Positions 1 to 7,685 of a DNA stretch of 10,048 nt are shown here, in pieces (position 1 is the first letter of the stretch; the number at the start of each line of letters is the position of its first letter). Made by a program: the position numbers and the translations under genes. The DNA lies in contig CAZGJX010000128.1 in NCBI GenBank assembly GCA_964525635.1, forward strand, positions 1-10,048. Direction: 5' to 3'. Source of the stretch: an uncultured archaeon. GTDB lineage: Archaea; Asgardarchaeota; Lokiarchaeia; Sigyniarchaeales; SOKP01. A model generated the notes under the pieces. That model was not told the origin of the DNA. It ran no database searches and saw only the letters and a list, made by a program, of their open reading frames with translations.

Positions 1-600
1 CAAATCACCCAAATTGAAAATTTGAATTTAAACAAAAATCTAATATCTCTTGATCTCTCTAATAATCTAATATCTTATATTTCAAATCTTTCTTCATTAG
101 TTAATTTAAAAATTTTGTGGATAAAATCAAACGATATATCATCTATCGAAAATATTGAAAATTTGGAAAATTTAAATTGGTTAAGTTTAGAAAACAATAA
201 AATTACCCAAATAACTAGTTTGGAAAATCAAAGAAAACTAAGTATACTTGATTTGAAGAATAATCAAATAAACCAACTTGATAATATAGGGACTCTACCT
301 AATTTACAGTTTTTATACCTTAATAATAACAAAATTAGAAAACTTTGTAATTTTGGTGATTTCCCAAATCTAAAAAATATCAATTTAAGTAATAATGAGA
401 TTACTGAAATACAAACTTTAGATTATTTACCCAATTTAGAATTTCTTGATCTAACAAATAATAAAATCTCTGAAATCAAAGGTTTAGGAAAGCTAACAAA
501 TCTTAAACGTGTATATCTCAGTGGTAATCCGCTACCCAAGGAGCAATCACGATGGTCAACACAAAAATTAATTCAATATTGTCAAGAAAATAATATTTAA
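1..600 (+). CDS. Leucine-rich repeat protein, SDS22/internalin-like 22-residue repeats (5' truncated by window edge)
   Basis: The frame is open from base 1 (CAA ATC ACC CAA ATT GAA AAT TTG = QITQIENL), so the TTG at 22 is internal. Repeats follow LxxLxLxxNxIxxIxxLxxLxx, e.g. LEFLDLTNNKISEIKGLGKLTN, and end in an LSGNP cap. Stop TAA at 598-600. Confidence 0.93.
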   Translation, partial: QITQIENLNLNKNLISLDLSNNLISYISNLSSLVNLKILWIKSNDISSIENIENLENLNWLSLENNKITQITSLENQRKLSILDLKNNQINQLDNIGTLPNLQFLYLNNNKIRKLCNFGDFPNLKNINLSNNEITEIQTLDYLPNLEFLDLTNNKISEIKGLGKLTNLKRVYLSGNPLPKEQSRWSTQKLIQYCQENNI

Positions 601-775
601 TTGAGTATTATTTTTAACATCTAGTGTAATTAAAAATGAATTGGGATGTTATAAATCAAAAATTAGTACCAAAGAATGGAATGTAATTAATTTTCTTATA
701 AATTCATATAAATTAAAAGTATATATAAATTCCTCCATAAAACTATATAAAAAAAAGAAAGGGCGTAATATAATA

Positions 776-2104
776 ATGATTATAAAAAATAATCATATCG
801 ACTCGTTTTGGATTAACTATTTTAATTATGACCTTCCAGATATATTTCTTGATTTAGAATTTTTACAATATTTAAGATTATCATCATCTTTTCATAAATT
901 TCCAGCATCCTTTTTTAAAATGAAACAACTTAAAACTTTAATATTAGACTTTAATGGTAGACCATCTAATTTTGATGATCTACAACAATTAGTAAATCTA
1001 AAGAAAATTAAATTTTACTGTTATGAATTTCCTTATTGGATAATTAAATTAAAAGAATTAGAATCAATAAAAATGACTTCATTTATAGAAATAAAGCTAC
1101 CTGAATTTATCAAAACATTAGAGAGTTTAAAAAGGATTCAGATTTGGTATTCTACTAGTGAGGAAAATTCTTTTGTTCCTTATACTTTTGATCCTATAAT
1201 TGGAAATTTAAATCAGTTAGAGAGTCTTTCTTTTGGTGCTGATTTATTAACTAAAACTATTTATGAAGATTCTCTTTTTAATTGTCGGAACTTAAAAGAA
1301 TTATCTTTTTATAGAATCAAATTATTTCATCATTCATTAGATAATTCAACTAAAGGAAAAATACCATTAAATATTTTTAAATTAAAACATCTGAGAAAAT
1401 TAATTTTCAATGGATGTGAAATTAGAGAAATTCCTAAAGAGATCCTTCAATTAAAGAAGTTAGAAGTTCTCAATCTTTATGCTAATAATCTTAAGGAAAT
1501 ACCTAATTTTCTTTTTCAATTATGTAACCTAGAAGAATTATATCTCACATATACTTTCTGTTCTACATTACCAGATTCACTTTGCTTAATCCCCCAATTA
1601 AAAATATTATATTTATCTAATAATCCCTTGTGGTATTTACCAAAAGACTTAGGGAAATTAAAAAAACTTGAAGAATTATACGTAGATAATAATAGGTTAG
1701 AGGATTTACCTGATTCAATTTGTGAAATAACTACTTTAAAAAAGATTGATACAACACATAATGAAATTAGATACTTACCAGAACATATTGGAAATCTAAA
1801 GAACTTAGAAATCTTAAGAATACCTTATAATAAAATAATAGATCTTCCAATATCAATAGGTAGATGTGCTAAACTTTGGAAACTTATATTATGGGGAAAT
1901 CCACTTGAAGAATTACCTAACTCATTATTGGAGTGTGAATCATTAAAGATTATTAAAATATCTCTTAACCAAATTCAAAATCTATCACAACATAGTCAAG
2001 AAATTTTGCAGCAATTAGAGAAAAGAAATCATGTAAGAATAATAACAAAAATAAATTATACACAAAGAAAGCATCCTTCTTTCTTATCAAATCCAAATGA
2101 TTAG
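776..2104 (+). CDS. Leucine-rich repeat protein with 23-residue LxxLxLxxNxLxxLPxxIxxL repeats (SHOC2/Roco-LRR-like)
   Basis: Clear repeats in the C-terminal half, e.g. LEELYVDNNRLEDLPDSICEITT, with degenerate repeats before them. The ORF track starts at TTG 641, but 641-775 looks like AT-rich intergenic DNA. The in-frame ATG at 776 lies ~30 nt after TATATAA (744-750) and is the preferred start; the start is uncertain. Confidence 0.88.
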   Translation: MIIKNNHIDSFWINYFNYDLPDIFLDLEFLQYLRLSSSFHKFPASFFKMKQLKTLILDFNGRPSNFDDLQQLVNLKKIKFYCYEFPYWIIKLKELESIKMTSFIEIKLPEFIKTLESLKRIQIWYSTSEENSFVPYTFDPIIGNLNQLESLSFGADLLTKTIYEDSLFNCRNLKELSFYRIKLFHHSLDNSTKGKIPLNIFKLKHLRKLIFNGCEIREIPKEILQLKKLEVLNLYANNLKEIPNFLFQLCNLEELYLTYTFCSTLPDSLCLIPQLKILYLSNNPLWYLPKDLGKLKKLEELYVDNNRLEDLPDSICEITTLKKIDTTHNEIRYLPEHIGNLKNLEILRIPYNKIIDLPISIGRCAKLWKLILWGNPLEELPNSLLECESLKIIKISLNQIQNLSQHSQEILQQLEKRNHVRIITKINYTQRKHPSFLSNPND

Positions 2105-2590
2105 TCATTTAATAGATAGAATTTTAGATTCCCTTAATAATAGATTTTTATTAATAAAAAAGATTATTTTTTAAAAGAAACTAAATGCTCAAACCTATAT
2201 TTTTAGAGATATAGCCACATTATATTCTGATTATTATTTTTAGAAGAAAGGAATTAATTATCTAGGAGTTATATGAAAGAAAAGATTGTAAAAATAAATT
2301 TAAATTATAAATTTAAATGATGATTGTATTTACAACTCCATTTATATATTTAATTAATTTAATAATAGTTTTCCTTATACAAATCTCTCACGAACAATTT
2401 ACATACAAAAAAGGATTATCAATGAAACTCTCTATTTTAATAAAATAAATAAATTTAAACAAAAATGGCAAAGATAGTTTTTCTTCTTATTTTTCAAATA
2501 TTGATAATTAATACAATATATAGTAAATTTATATAAGGAGTAATTATTGTATTAGATTTATAATTAACCAAATGCAAAGAGTTGTAAATA

Positions 2591-3274
2591 ATGAACTTGG
2601 ATATTTATAAAGATTTATTTTTAAATAAAATTATAACTCAATCGTCAATTACCAACATTATGGGAAAAATTACACGAGGTAAAACTTCTAAAGATTTTAA
2701 GACATTGAAACATGATTCTACAAGGAAAATAGTGATGTTAATATGATCTGACGGTCTTGAACGTATTTTGGGCAAATCTGGTTTAGAATCATTAGTTGAA
2801 ATTGGTTACACTCAAGATCACATTCACCATTTGATAAAACAAGGATTTCAGTTTAAATTGATAATTTTTAATCCTATAAGATCATGTTTATTAGCAACAT
2901 GGAATAATGCAGCTAAATTGGCTTCTGAAGTTTATCCAAAAGCAAAGAAAAAGATTTATAATAAAATTGAAGAACTAAAAAAAGTCTCTTTTAAAAAAAT
3001 AGAGAAAGAAACGTCAATGATCTGGGGTGATGTTGATAAATCTGGGCCATTAAATCCAAATTATATGACTTATAAAAGGTTCAAACAATCTAAAGGTACA
3101 TTAATAGATGTATGAGCTTTTTTTTATTTTATACTTCATTTTAGGGAATTGTTTTCAGGTGATGGATATACATATAATCAAAATGGAGGAAGAACATTAA
3201 AAGAATATATTTGCATAAATCAAAAACTGAAAAATTTTGCAGATTTTAGATTGATAGATATAGAAATTTCATGA
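2591..3274 (+). pseudogene. Hypothetical protein frame (227 codons) interrupted by two in-frame TGA codons; probable recent pseudogene
   Basis: A single frame runs from ATG 2591 (MNLDIYKDLF...MGKITRGKTSKDF...KIVMLI*SDGLERILGKSG...GTLIDV*AFFYFILHFRELFSGDGYTYNQNGGRTLKEYICIN...IEIS*). TGA occurs at 2744-2746 and 3113-3115, with no frameshifts. The listed ORF 2768-3115 is only the middle segment. TTTATAA at 2557-2563 is at promoter distance from the ATG. Confidence 0.8.
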
Positions 3275-3398
3275 GTTTATTTTTTCGTAAGTTTATCAGT
3301 CATTCATGAAGAATTTTTCTATATTTTTTTTTGTTATCTGGTATTTTTCTTTCCAAAAATTATTTTCCAATTGAAAATTAAGATAACTGTAAGAATTG

Positions 3399-3412
3399 CC
3401 CAAATTTTATAA
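3399..3412 (+). promoter_or_regulatory. Putative archaeal BRE/TATA promoter for the radical SAM gene (near-leaderless)
   Basis: CCCAAA followed by TTTTATAA (3405-3412), about 30 nt before ATG 3442; no Shine-Dalgarno. Such motifs are common by chance in AT-rich DNA. Confidence 0.4.
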
Positions 3413-3441
3413 TTTGATAACTTTTTTCATATATTATATAA

Positions 3442-4590
3442 ATGCTAAATATTCAAGATATTTTCAAGAAAAAAACAGAACTTCTCTGTAAAGGATTATA
3501 TCTAAATAGAAATAATTTAGAGGATTATAATAACCAAACCTTTTATTTAGATTATGGTAGAAAGGGAGGGGCAGGTCCATTAGGGGGAAGATATTTTTTA
3601 TTTGATGATGATAAGACTTTAGTCAACATTGCACTGAAAGATCTTCCTCACAGAACAGATTTAACTTTAAAATTTACTCAAGATCAATTCTATGAAATTT
3701 ATAACAAAGATAATAATAATCATTTCTGTAATCTTAAATTAATAAAATACCCCAATTATTATTCCTCCATTTATAAAACATCAGATGGAATTCCAATGAA
3801 AAAAATAGCTTTAATTCATGGTATTGATTGTCTTGCTACTACTATCTATCAAAAATGTAGTTATTGGGATTGTGGTAATGCATGTAAATTTTGTGGAATT
3901 CAACTAAGTTTAGCAAATAATGATACTATTGTTGAAAAATCAGCTAAACAAATATTAGAAGTAATTGATATAGCAAAAAAAGAAGGAAGATGTTCCCATA
4001 TTACATTAACAAGTGGTACTGATTCTAGCAAGGATAAAGGAGCTTTAAGATATATTAATATTATCAGACAATTAAAAGATAAACACCCTGAACTACCCAT
4101 ACATATTCAAATTGAACCTTTAGAAGACCTAACTTTTTTAAATAAAATAAAAGAAAGTGGTGCAGATACCATTGGGATACATATTGAAATACTAAATGAT
4201 AAATTAAGGAAAAAAATAACTCCTGGAAAGTATAAATTACCTTATAAATTATTTATTGAAAACTGGAAATATGCAGTTGATATTTTTGGGAATAATCAAG
4301 TTGAGACTTATATTTTAACTGGTTTTGGAGAATCAACTGATGAATTATTTCGTAAAATAGAAGAAATTATATCAATTGGAGTAATTCCATTTATTACCCC
4401 TGTGAGAGCAATACCAGGGAAATATGATATAGAATCACCTATAAATCCAATTGAGTTACTAAAAATATATAGAAGAACAGCTAAATTAATGAAAGAAAAT
4501 GGTATCAATCCATTAGAACATAAAGCAGGTTGCGTTAAGTGTGGAGGATGTTCAGCTATAAATGAAGCTTATAAAAGTGTAAATTCATAG
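3442..4590 (+). CDS. Radical SAM protein, MSMEG_0568 / Nit1C NitD family
   Basis: Family-like motifs: N-terminal GRKGGAGP, KIALIHGIDCLATTIYQKC, cluster motif CSYWDCGNACKFC, ADTIGIHIE, FGNNQVETYILTGFGE, and C-terminal Cys cluster KAGCVKCGGCS. Confidence 0.88.
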   Translation: MLNIQDIFKKKTELLCKGLYLNRNNLEDYNNQTFYLDYGRKGGAGPLGGRYFLFDDDKTLVNIALKDLPHRTDLTLKFTQDQFYEIYNKDNNNHFCNLKLIKYPNYYSSIYKTSDGIPMKKIALIHGIDCLATTIYQKCSYWDCGNACKFCGIQLSLANNDTIVEKSAKQILEVIDIAKKEGRCSHITLTSGTDSSKDKGALRYINIIRQLKDKHPELPIHIQIEPLEDLTFLNKIKESGADTIGIHIEILNDKLRKKITPGKYKLPYKLFIENWKYAVDIFGNNQVETYILTGFGESTDELFRKIEEIISIGVIPFITPVRAIPGKYDIESPINPIELLKIYRRTAKLMKENGINPLEHKAGCVKCGGCSAINEAYKSVNS

Positions 4591-4721
4591 TTGTCGTTTT
4601 TCTAGACAAATCTGGATACTATAAAATCTTCTCATATCTAAAGAGAACTCTCAATATGATATGATCTCCTCTTATTTTTTTAACTAATTTAAAAAATTTA
4701 TTTAGTCGTTCCTATTAAATC

Positions 4722-4737
4722 GAAAGAAGTTTAATAT
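4722..4737 (+). promoter_or_regulatory. BRE + TATA box for the putative structured RNA
   Basis: Purine-rich GAAAGAAG immediately followed by TTTAATAT (4730-4737). Archaeal spacing predicts a start near G4760/G4761, where the structured segment begins. Confidence 0.55.
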
Positions 4738-4759
4738 AGTTAAAATAAATTGTATTTTT

Positions 4760-4965
4760 GGAGGATGATATCAGAAACAGATATATTATTTAGCATTGGA
4801 ATAATATTCTCTGAGGATTTCCCTCAATTGTAGAATAGACTTCTCATGTCGAGAAGAAGGAATCTCTCATCGATTGTGTCTATATGGTACAATCGGGACT
4901 GTCAGTTACCAGTCAACAAAGAGGAGTTTATGGATGTCTACAAATGTCCAGATTTTTAGTAACTA
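4760..4965 (+). ncRNA. Unannotated structured RNA candidate (5' long hairpin plus four-way junction on a long helix); sRNA or cis-regulatory leader
   Basis: 4811-4950 is ~41% GC (57/140) versus ~14% in 4961-5110. Nested helices found by hand: TTGTAGA 4828-4834 / TCTACAA 4937-4943; ATAGACTTCTC 4835-4845 / GAGGAGTTTAT 4921-4931; hairpins 4851-4868, 4871-4895 (10 bp) and 4897-4914; 5' hairpin ATATTATT/AATAATAT plus TCAG/CTGA and GAGG/CCTC. Several G-U pairs work only on the + strand. Confidence 0.7.
4931..4957 (+). terminator. Possible hairpin plus oligo-T terminator at the 3' end of the structured RNA
   Basis: TGGATGT-CTACAA-ATGTCCA (7 bp, 2 G-U) followed by GA and TTTTT (4953-4957). Confidence 0.35.
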
Positions 4966-5114
4966 TATAATCTTTATTAACTTTATTTTGATATGTTTTA
5001 GCTTGCTATAACAATCAATTATTAAATTTCTTCAAAAAATTAATAATTATTTAAATCTTTAATTTAATTAGATAAGATTGTTAATTAATTCTCCAAATAA
5101 ATATTAAAGTAAAA

Positions 5115-6755
5115 ATGACTGAAATTAAAACCTCTAAGGATCAAAAGAAAAATGATAAAGAAAATGGAAAAGAAAATAGTTTTAAAAATCTTTCCAATAT
5201 AGAAATAAAAAGAATATATTATCCTGAAGCCATAGAAAATCTGGATTATTCAAAAGATTTAGGCGAACCTGGACAATATCCGTTTACAAGAGGGGCTTAT
5301 GATAATATGTATAGAGGAAGATTTTGGACTATGAGACAATTTGCAGGTTTTGGAACCGCTAAACAAACAAATGAAAGATTTAAATTTCTCATTGACCATG
5401 GACAAACAGGATTAAGTGTAGCATTTCATTTTCCAACATTATATGGATATGAGTCTACTGATGAGAAAGCTTTAGGTGAGATTGGAAAGTGTGGAGTTGC
5501 TATAGATACATTAAAGGATATGGAAACCTTATTTGATGGAATTGATTTATCTAAAATATCTACATCAATGACTATCAATGGTCCAGCATCAATATTATTA
5601 GCAATGTATATAGTTGTTGGAGAGAAACAAGGAATATCCCCAGAGAGATTAAGGGGAACAATTCAAAATGATATTCTAAAAGAATATATAGCGCAAAAAT
5701 CATGGATTTTTCCACCAGAACCATCTATGAGATTAATTGTTGATACAATTGAATATTGTACTAAAAATGTTCCCCAATGGTATACAATTAGTATTAGCGG
5801 ATATCATATCAGAGAAGCAGGATCAACTGCAATTCAAGAGTTAGCATTCACACTAGCGGACGGATTTGCTTATGTAGAAGCCGCATTGGAGAGAGGTTTG
5901 AATATTGATGATTTTGCTCATCGATTATCATTCTTTTTTAATTCTCATAATAATTTTTTTGAAGAAATTGCGAAATATAGAGCAGCTAGAAGAATATGGG
6001 CAAGAAAAATGAAAGATAAGTATGGTGCTAAAAAATTAGAATCAATGCGATTGAGATTTCATACACAAACGGCTGGAGTCTCATTGACTGCTCAAGAATC
6101 CGAAAATAATATTGTAAGAGTAACCCTTCAAGCATTAGCAGCTGTTTTGGGTGGAACACAATCTCTCCACACTAATTCATTCGATGAAGCTTTATGTTTA
6201 CCTACAGAAAAATCAGTTAGAATCGCTTTAAGAACGCAACAAATAATAGCAAATGAATCTGGAGTTTCAGATACTGTTGATCCCCTTGCTGGATCATATT
6301 ATATAGAGTGGTTAACAAATAAAATGGAAGAAGAAGCAGAAAACTATTTTCAAAAGATTGAAGATTTAGGTGGAGTTATTCCAGCTATTAAAAAGAATTT
6401 CTTTCAAAAAGAAATCGCTAAAGCTTCATATCAATATCAAAAAGAAATCGAAAATAAAGATAGAATAATTGTTGCTGTAAATGAATATCAACCAATTTCA
6501 TGTAGAAACCCAGAAATTTTAAAAATAGATGAAAAGGTCTCAGTTGATCAAATAAACAATCTCAATAAAGTTAAGGAAGAACGAAATAACGAGGCAGTTA
6601 AAATAGCTCTAAATAAACTTAGGGACGCAACAAGAGAGAAAGTAAATTTAATGCCTTATATAATAAGTGCTGTACGAGAATATGCTTCAATTGGAGAAAT
6701 TGTAAAAGAACTAAAAGAGATTTTTGGTATTTATATAGAAGATTCAATTTTTTAG
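5115..6755 (+). CDS. icmA: Adenosylcobalamin-dependent acyl-CoA mutase, large substrate-binding subunit (methylmalonyl-CoA mutase family; isobutyryl-CoA mutase IcmA-like)
   Basis: Family motifs PGQYPFTRG, WTMRQFAGFG, GTIQNDILKEY, ISISGYHIREAG, FEEIAKYRAARRIW, LGGTQSLHTNSFDE, DPLAGSYYIE. Specificity positions are Phe76 and Gln194 (ICM type), not Tyr/Arg (MCM type). Family assignment is near certain; substrate is inferred. Confidence 0.9.
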   Translation: MTEIKTSKDQKKNDKENGKENSFKNLSNIEIKRIYYPEAIENLDYSKDLGEPGQYPFTRGAYDNMYRGRFWTMRQFAGFGTAKQTNERFKFLIDHGQTGLSVAFHFPTLYGYESTDEKALGEIGKCGVAIDTLKDMETLFDGIDLSKISTSMTINGPASILLAMYIVVGEKQGISPERLRGTIQNDILKEYIAQKSWIFPPEPSMRLIVDTIEYCTKNVPQWYTISISGYHIREAGSTAIQELAFTLADGFAYVEAALERGLNIDDFAHRLSFFFNSHNNFFEEIAKYRAARRIWARKMKDKYGAKKLESMRLRFHTQTAGVSLTAQESENNIVRVTLQALAAVLGGTQSLHTNSFDEALCLPTEKSVRIALRTQQIIANESGVSDTVDPLAGSYYIEWLTNKMEEEAENYFQKIEDLGGVIPAIKKNFFQKEIAKASYQYQKEIENKDRIIVAVNEYQPISCRNPEILKIDEKVSVDQINNLNKVKEERNNEAVKIALNKLRDATREKVNLMPYIISAVREYASIGEIVKELKEIFGIYIEDSIF

Positions 6756-6766
6756 GGATATATAAA

Positions 6767-7168
6767 ATGTCTAAAGAAAAAAGAATAAAGGTAATTGTTG
6801 CAAAACCAGGATTAGATGGTCATGATAGAGGTGCTAAAGTTATTTCAAGAGGGCTCCGAGATGCTGGTATGGAAGTAATATACACAGGTATTCAGCAAAC
6901 TCCCGATGATATTCTTAATTCAATAATTCAAGAAGATCCTGATGCTGTTTTATTAAGTATTCTAAGTGGAGCTCATAATGCATTATGCTCTAAAATAATG
7001 GAAAAACTTGAGGAAAACAAAATAGACGACATCTTAATTGCAGTTGGAGGAATAATTCCTGAAGAAGATAAAGAATTTCTTCAAAAGAAGGGATTAAAAG
7101 GTTTTTATGGTCCAGGAACAGAAATTAAAACTATTGTTGAATTCGTAAAGAATAATCTAAAAAGATAA
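6767..7168 (+). CDS. icmB: Acyl-CoA mutase small cobalamin-binding subunit (IcmB / MCM C-terminal domain)
   Basis: B12-binding motifs AKPGLDGHDRG (DxHxxG), LSILSGAH and GGIIP. Starts 11 nt after the large subunit, consistent with an operon. Confidence 0.92.
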   Translation: MSKEKRIKVIVAKPGLDGHDRGAKVISRGLRDAGMEVIYTGIQQTPDDILNSIIQEDPDAVLLSILSGAHNALCSKIMEKLEENKIDDILIAVGGIIPEEDKEFLQKKGLKGFYGPGTEIKTIVEFVKNNLKR

Positions 7169-7205
7169 TAAGAAAAGCTATAACAATTAACATTATATAT
7201 TTTTC

Positions 7206-7664
7206 TCAAGTATCTGTTTCTTTTGTTTTATATAAACCTATCCGTAAATCATATTGTTTTGGACTGTTTGGACAATTTATTTCACAACATGCTGGAAGAT
7301 ATGAATATACCTCAAATTTATTAGTTGGTACAAGTAAATATATTAGAGAGTGAATAAGTGAACAATTCTTATTTAATTCATTTAGTGGCCCTTCGCATAA
7401 AGCAGTTTTATGCTCTTTTTTATTTACAAATAAACATAATCCTTCTCCAGGATAAAAACCGAATAAATATTGATATTTTGGAATAATGGGATATTTTTCA
7501 CTTTCGACTTTTTTTTTGTATTTGATCTCAATATTATTAAAAGAAAGAGTAAATTCTAAAGCTTTATAAGAATCATTCAATTTATCTTCTTCTTCTATTT
7601 CATGAACTATAAAATCTCTTGAAACAGCCTGATCGATCAATTTTTCTAATTCTATATTATACAT
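7206..7664 (-). CDS. Hypothetical protein (152 aa, several Cys including CCEINC)
   Basis: Uninterrupted ATG-started ORF with normal composition, 21 nt downstream of the 83-aa gene on the same strand and convergent with the mutase genes. No family recognised. Confidence 0.75.
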   Translation of the reverse strand: MYNIELEKLIDQAVSRDFIVHEIEEEDKLNDSYKALEFTLSFNNIEIKYKKKVESEKYPIIPKYQYLFGFYPGEGLCLFVNKKEHKTALCEGPLNELNKNCSLIHSLIYLLVPTNKFEVYSYLPACCEINCPNSPKQYDLRIGLYKTKETDT

Positions 7665-7685
7665 TAATTATTAGTTCAAATCCTA

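Noticed and set aside
641-775. N-terminal extension of the second LRR ORF from TTG 641
   Set aside because: Intergenic-like composition with a poly-A run and a TATA-like element; ATG 776 is the more plausible start.
2265-2320. AGGAG plus a 15-codon ORF and the AT palindrome ATTTAAATT-ATA-AATTTAAAT
   Set aside because: Very short and low complexity; expected by chance at this AT content.
2744-3115. Genome-wide TGA reassignment (code 4 or 25)
   Set aside because: No internal TGA in the long conserved genes, and TGA ends the genes at 9404 and 7206.
3900-4100. 66-aa minus-strand ORF
   Set aside because: Antisense shadow entirely within the well-supported radical SAM gene.
4308-4508. 66-aa minus-strand ORF
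   Set aside because: Antisense shadow within the radical SAM gene.
4754-4814. Sm-site-like ATTTTTGG and a C/D-box-like pair (AGGATGA ... CTGA)
   Set aside because: The Sm-like tract lies mostly upstream of the predicted start and is common in AT-rich DNA. The C box is imperfect, there is no C' box or terminal stem, and the would-be guides are base-paired.
4811-4931. Superficial RNase P RNA resemblance (CTGAGGA... and AACAAAGAGGAGTTTAT)
   Set aside because: No proper GAGGAAAGUCC-type region or P4 helix with a bulged U, and the spacing is too short.
4828-4950. Canonical cobalamin riboswitch, suggested by the downstream B12 enzyme and four-way junction
   Set aside because: Lacks the GGGAA, GGTG..AA.TCC and B12-box (CAG.AGACC) motifs; only a short ACTGT matches.
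4608-4955. 9-bp inverted repeat AAATCTGGA / TCCAGATTT as possible MITE ends
   Set aside because: Too short, with no target-site duplication and no second copy in the window.
4765-4959. Two short same-frame ORFs (22 aa at 4765-4833, 37 aa at 4846-4959) separated by one TAG; possible leader peptide or pyrrolysine read-through
   Set aside because: Codons such as TCG, CGG and GTC are atypical for this AT-rich genome, GGAGG abuts the ATG with no spacer, and RNA pairing explains the composition better. A leader peptide cannot be fully excluded without ribosome profiling.
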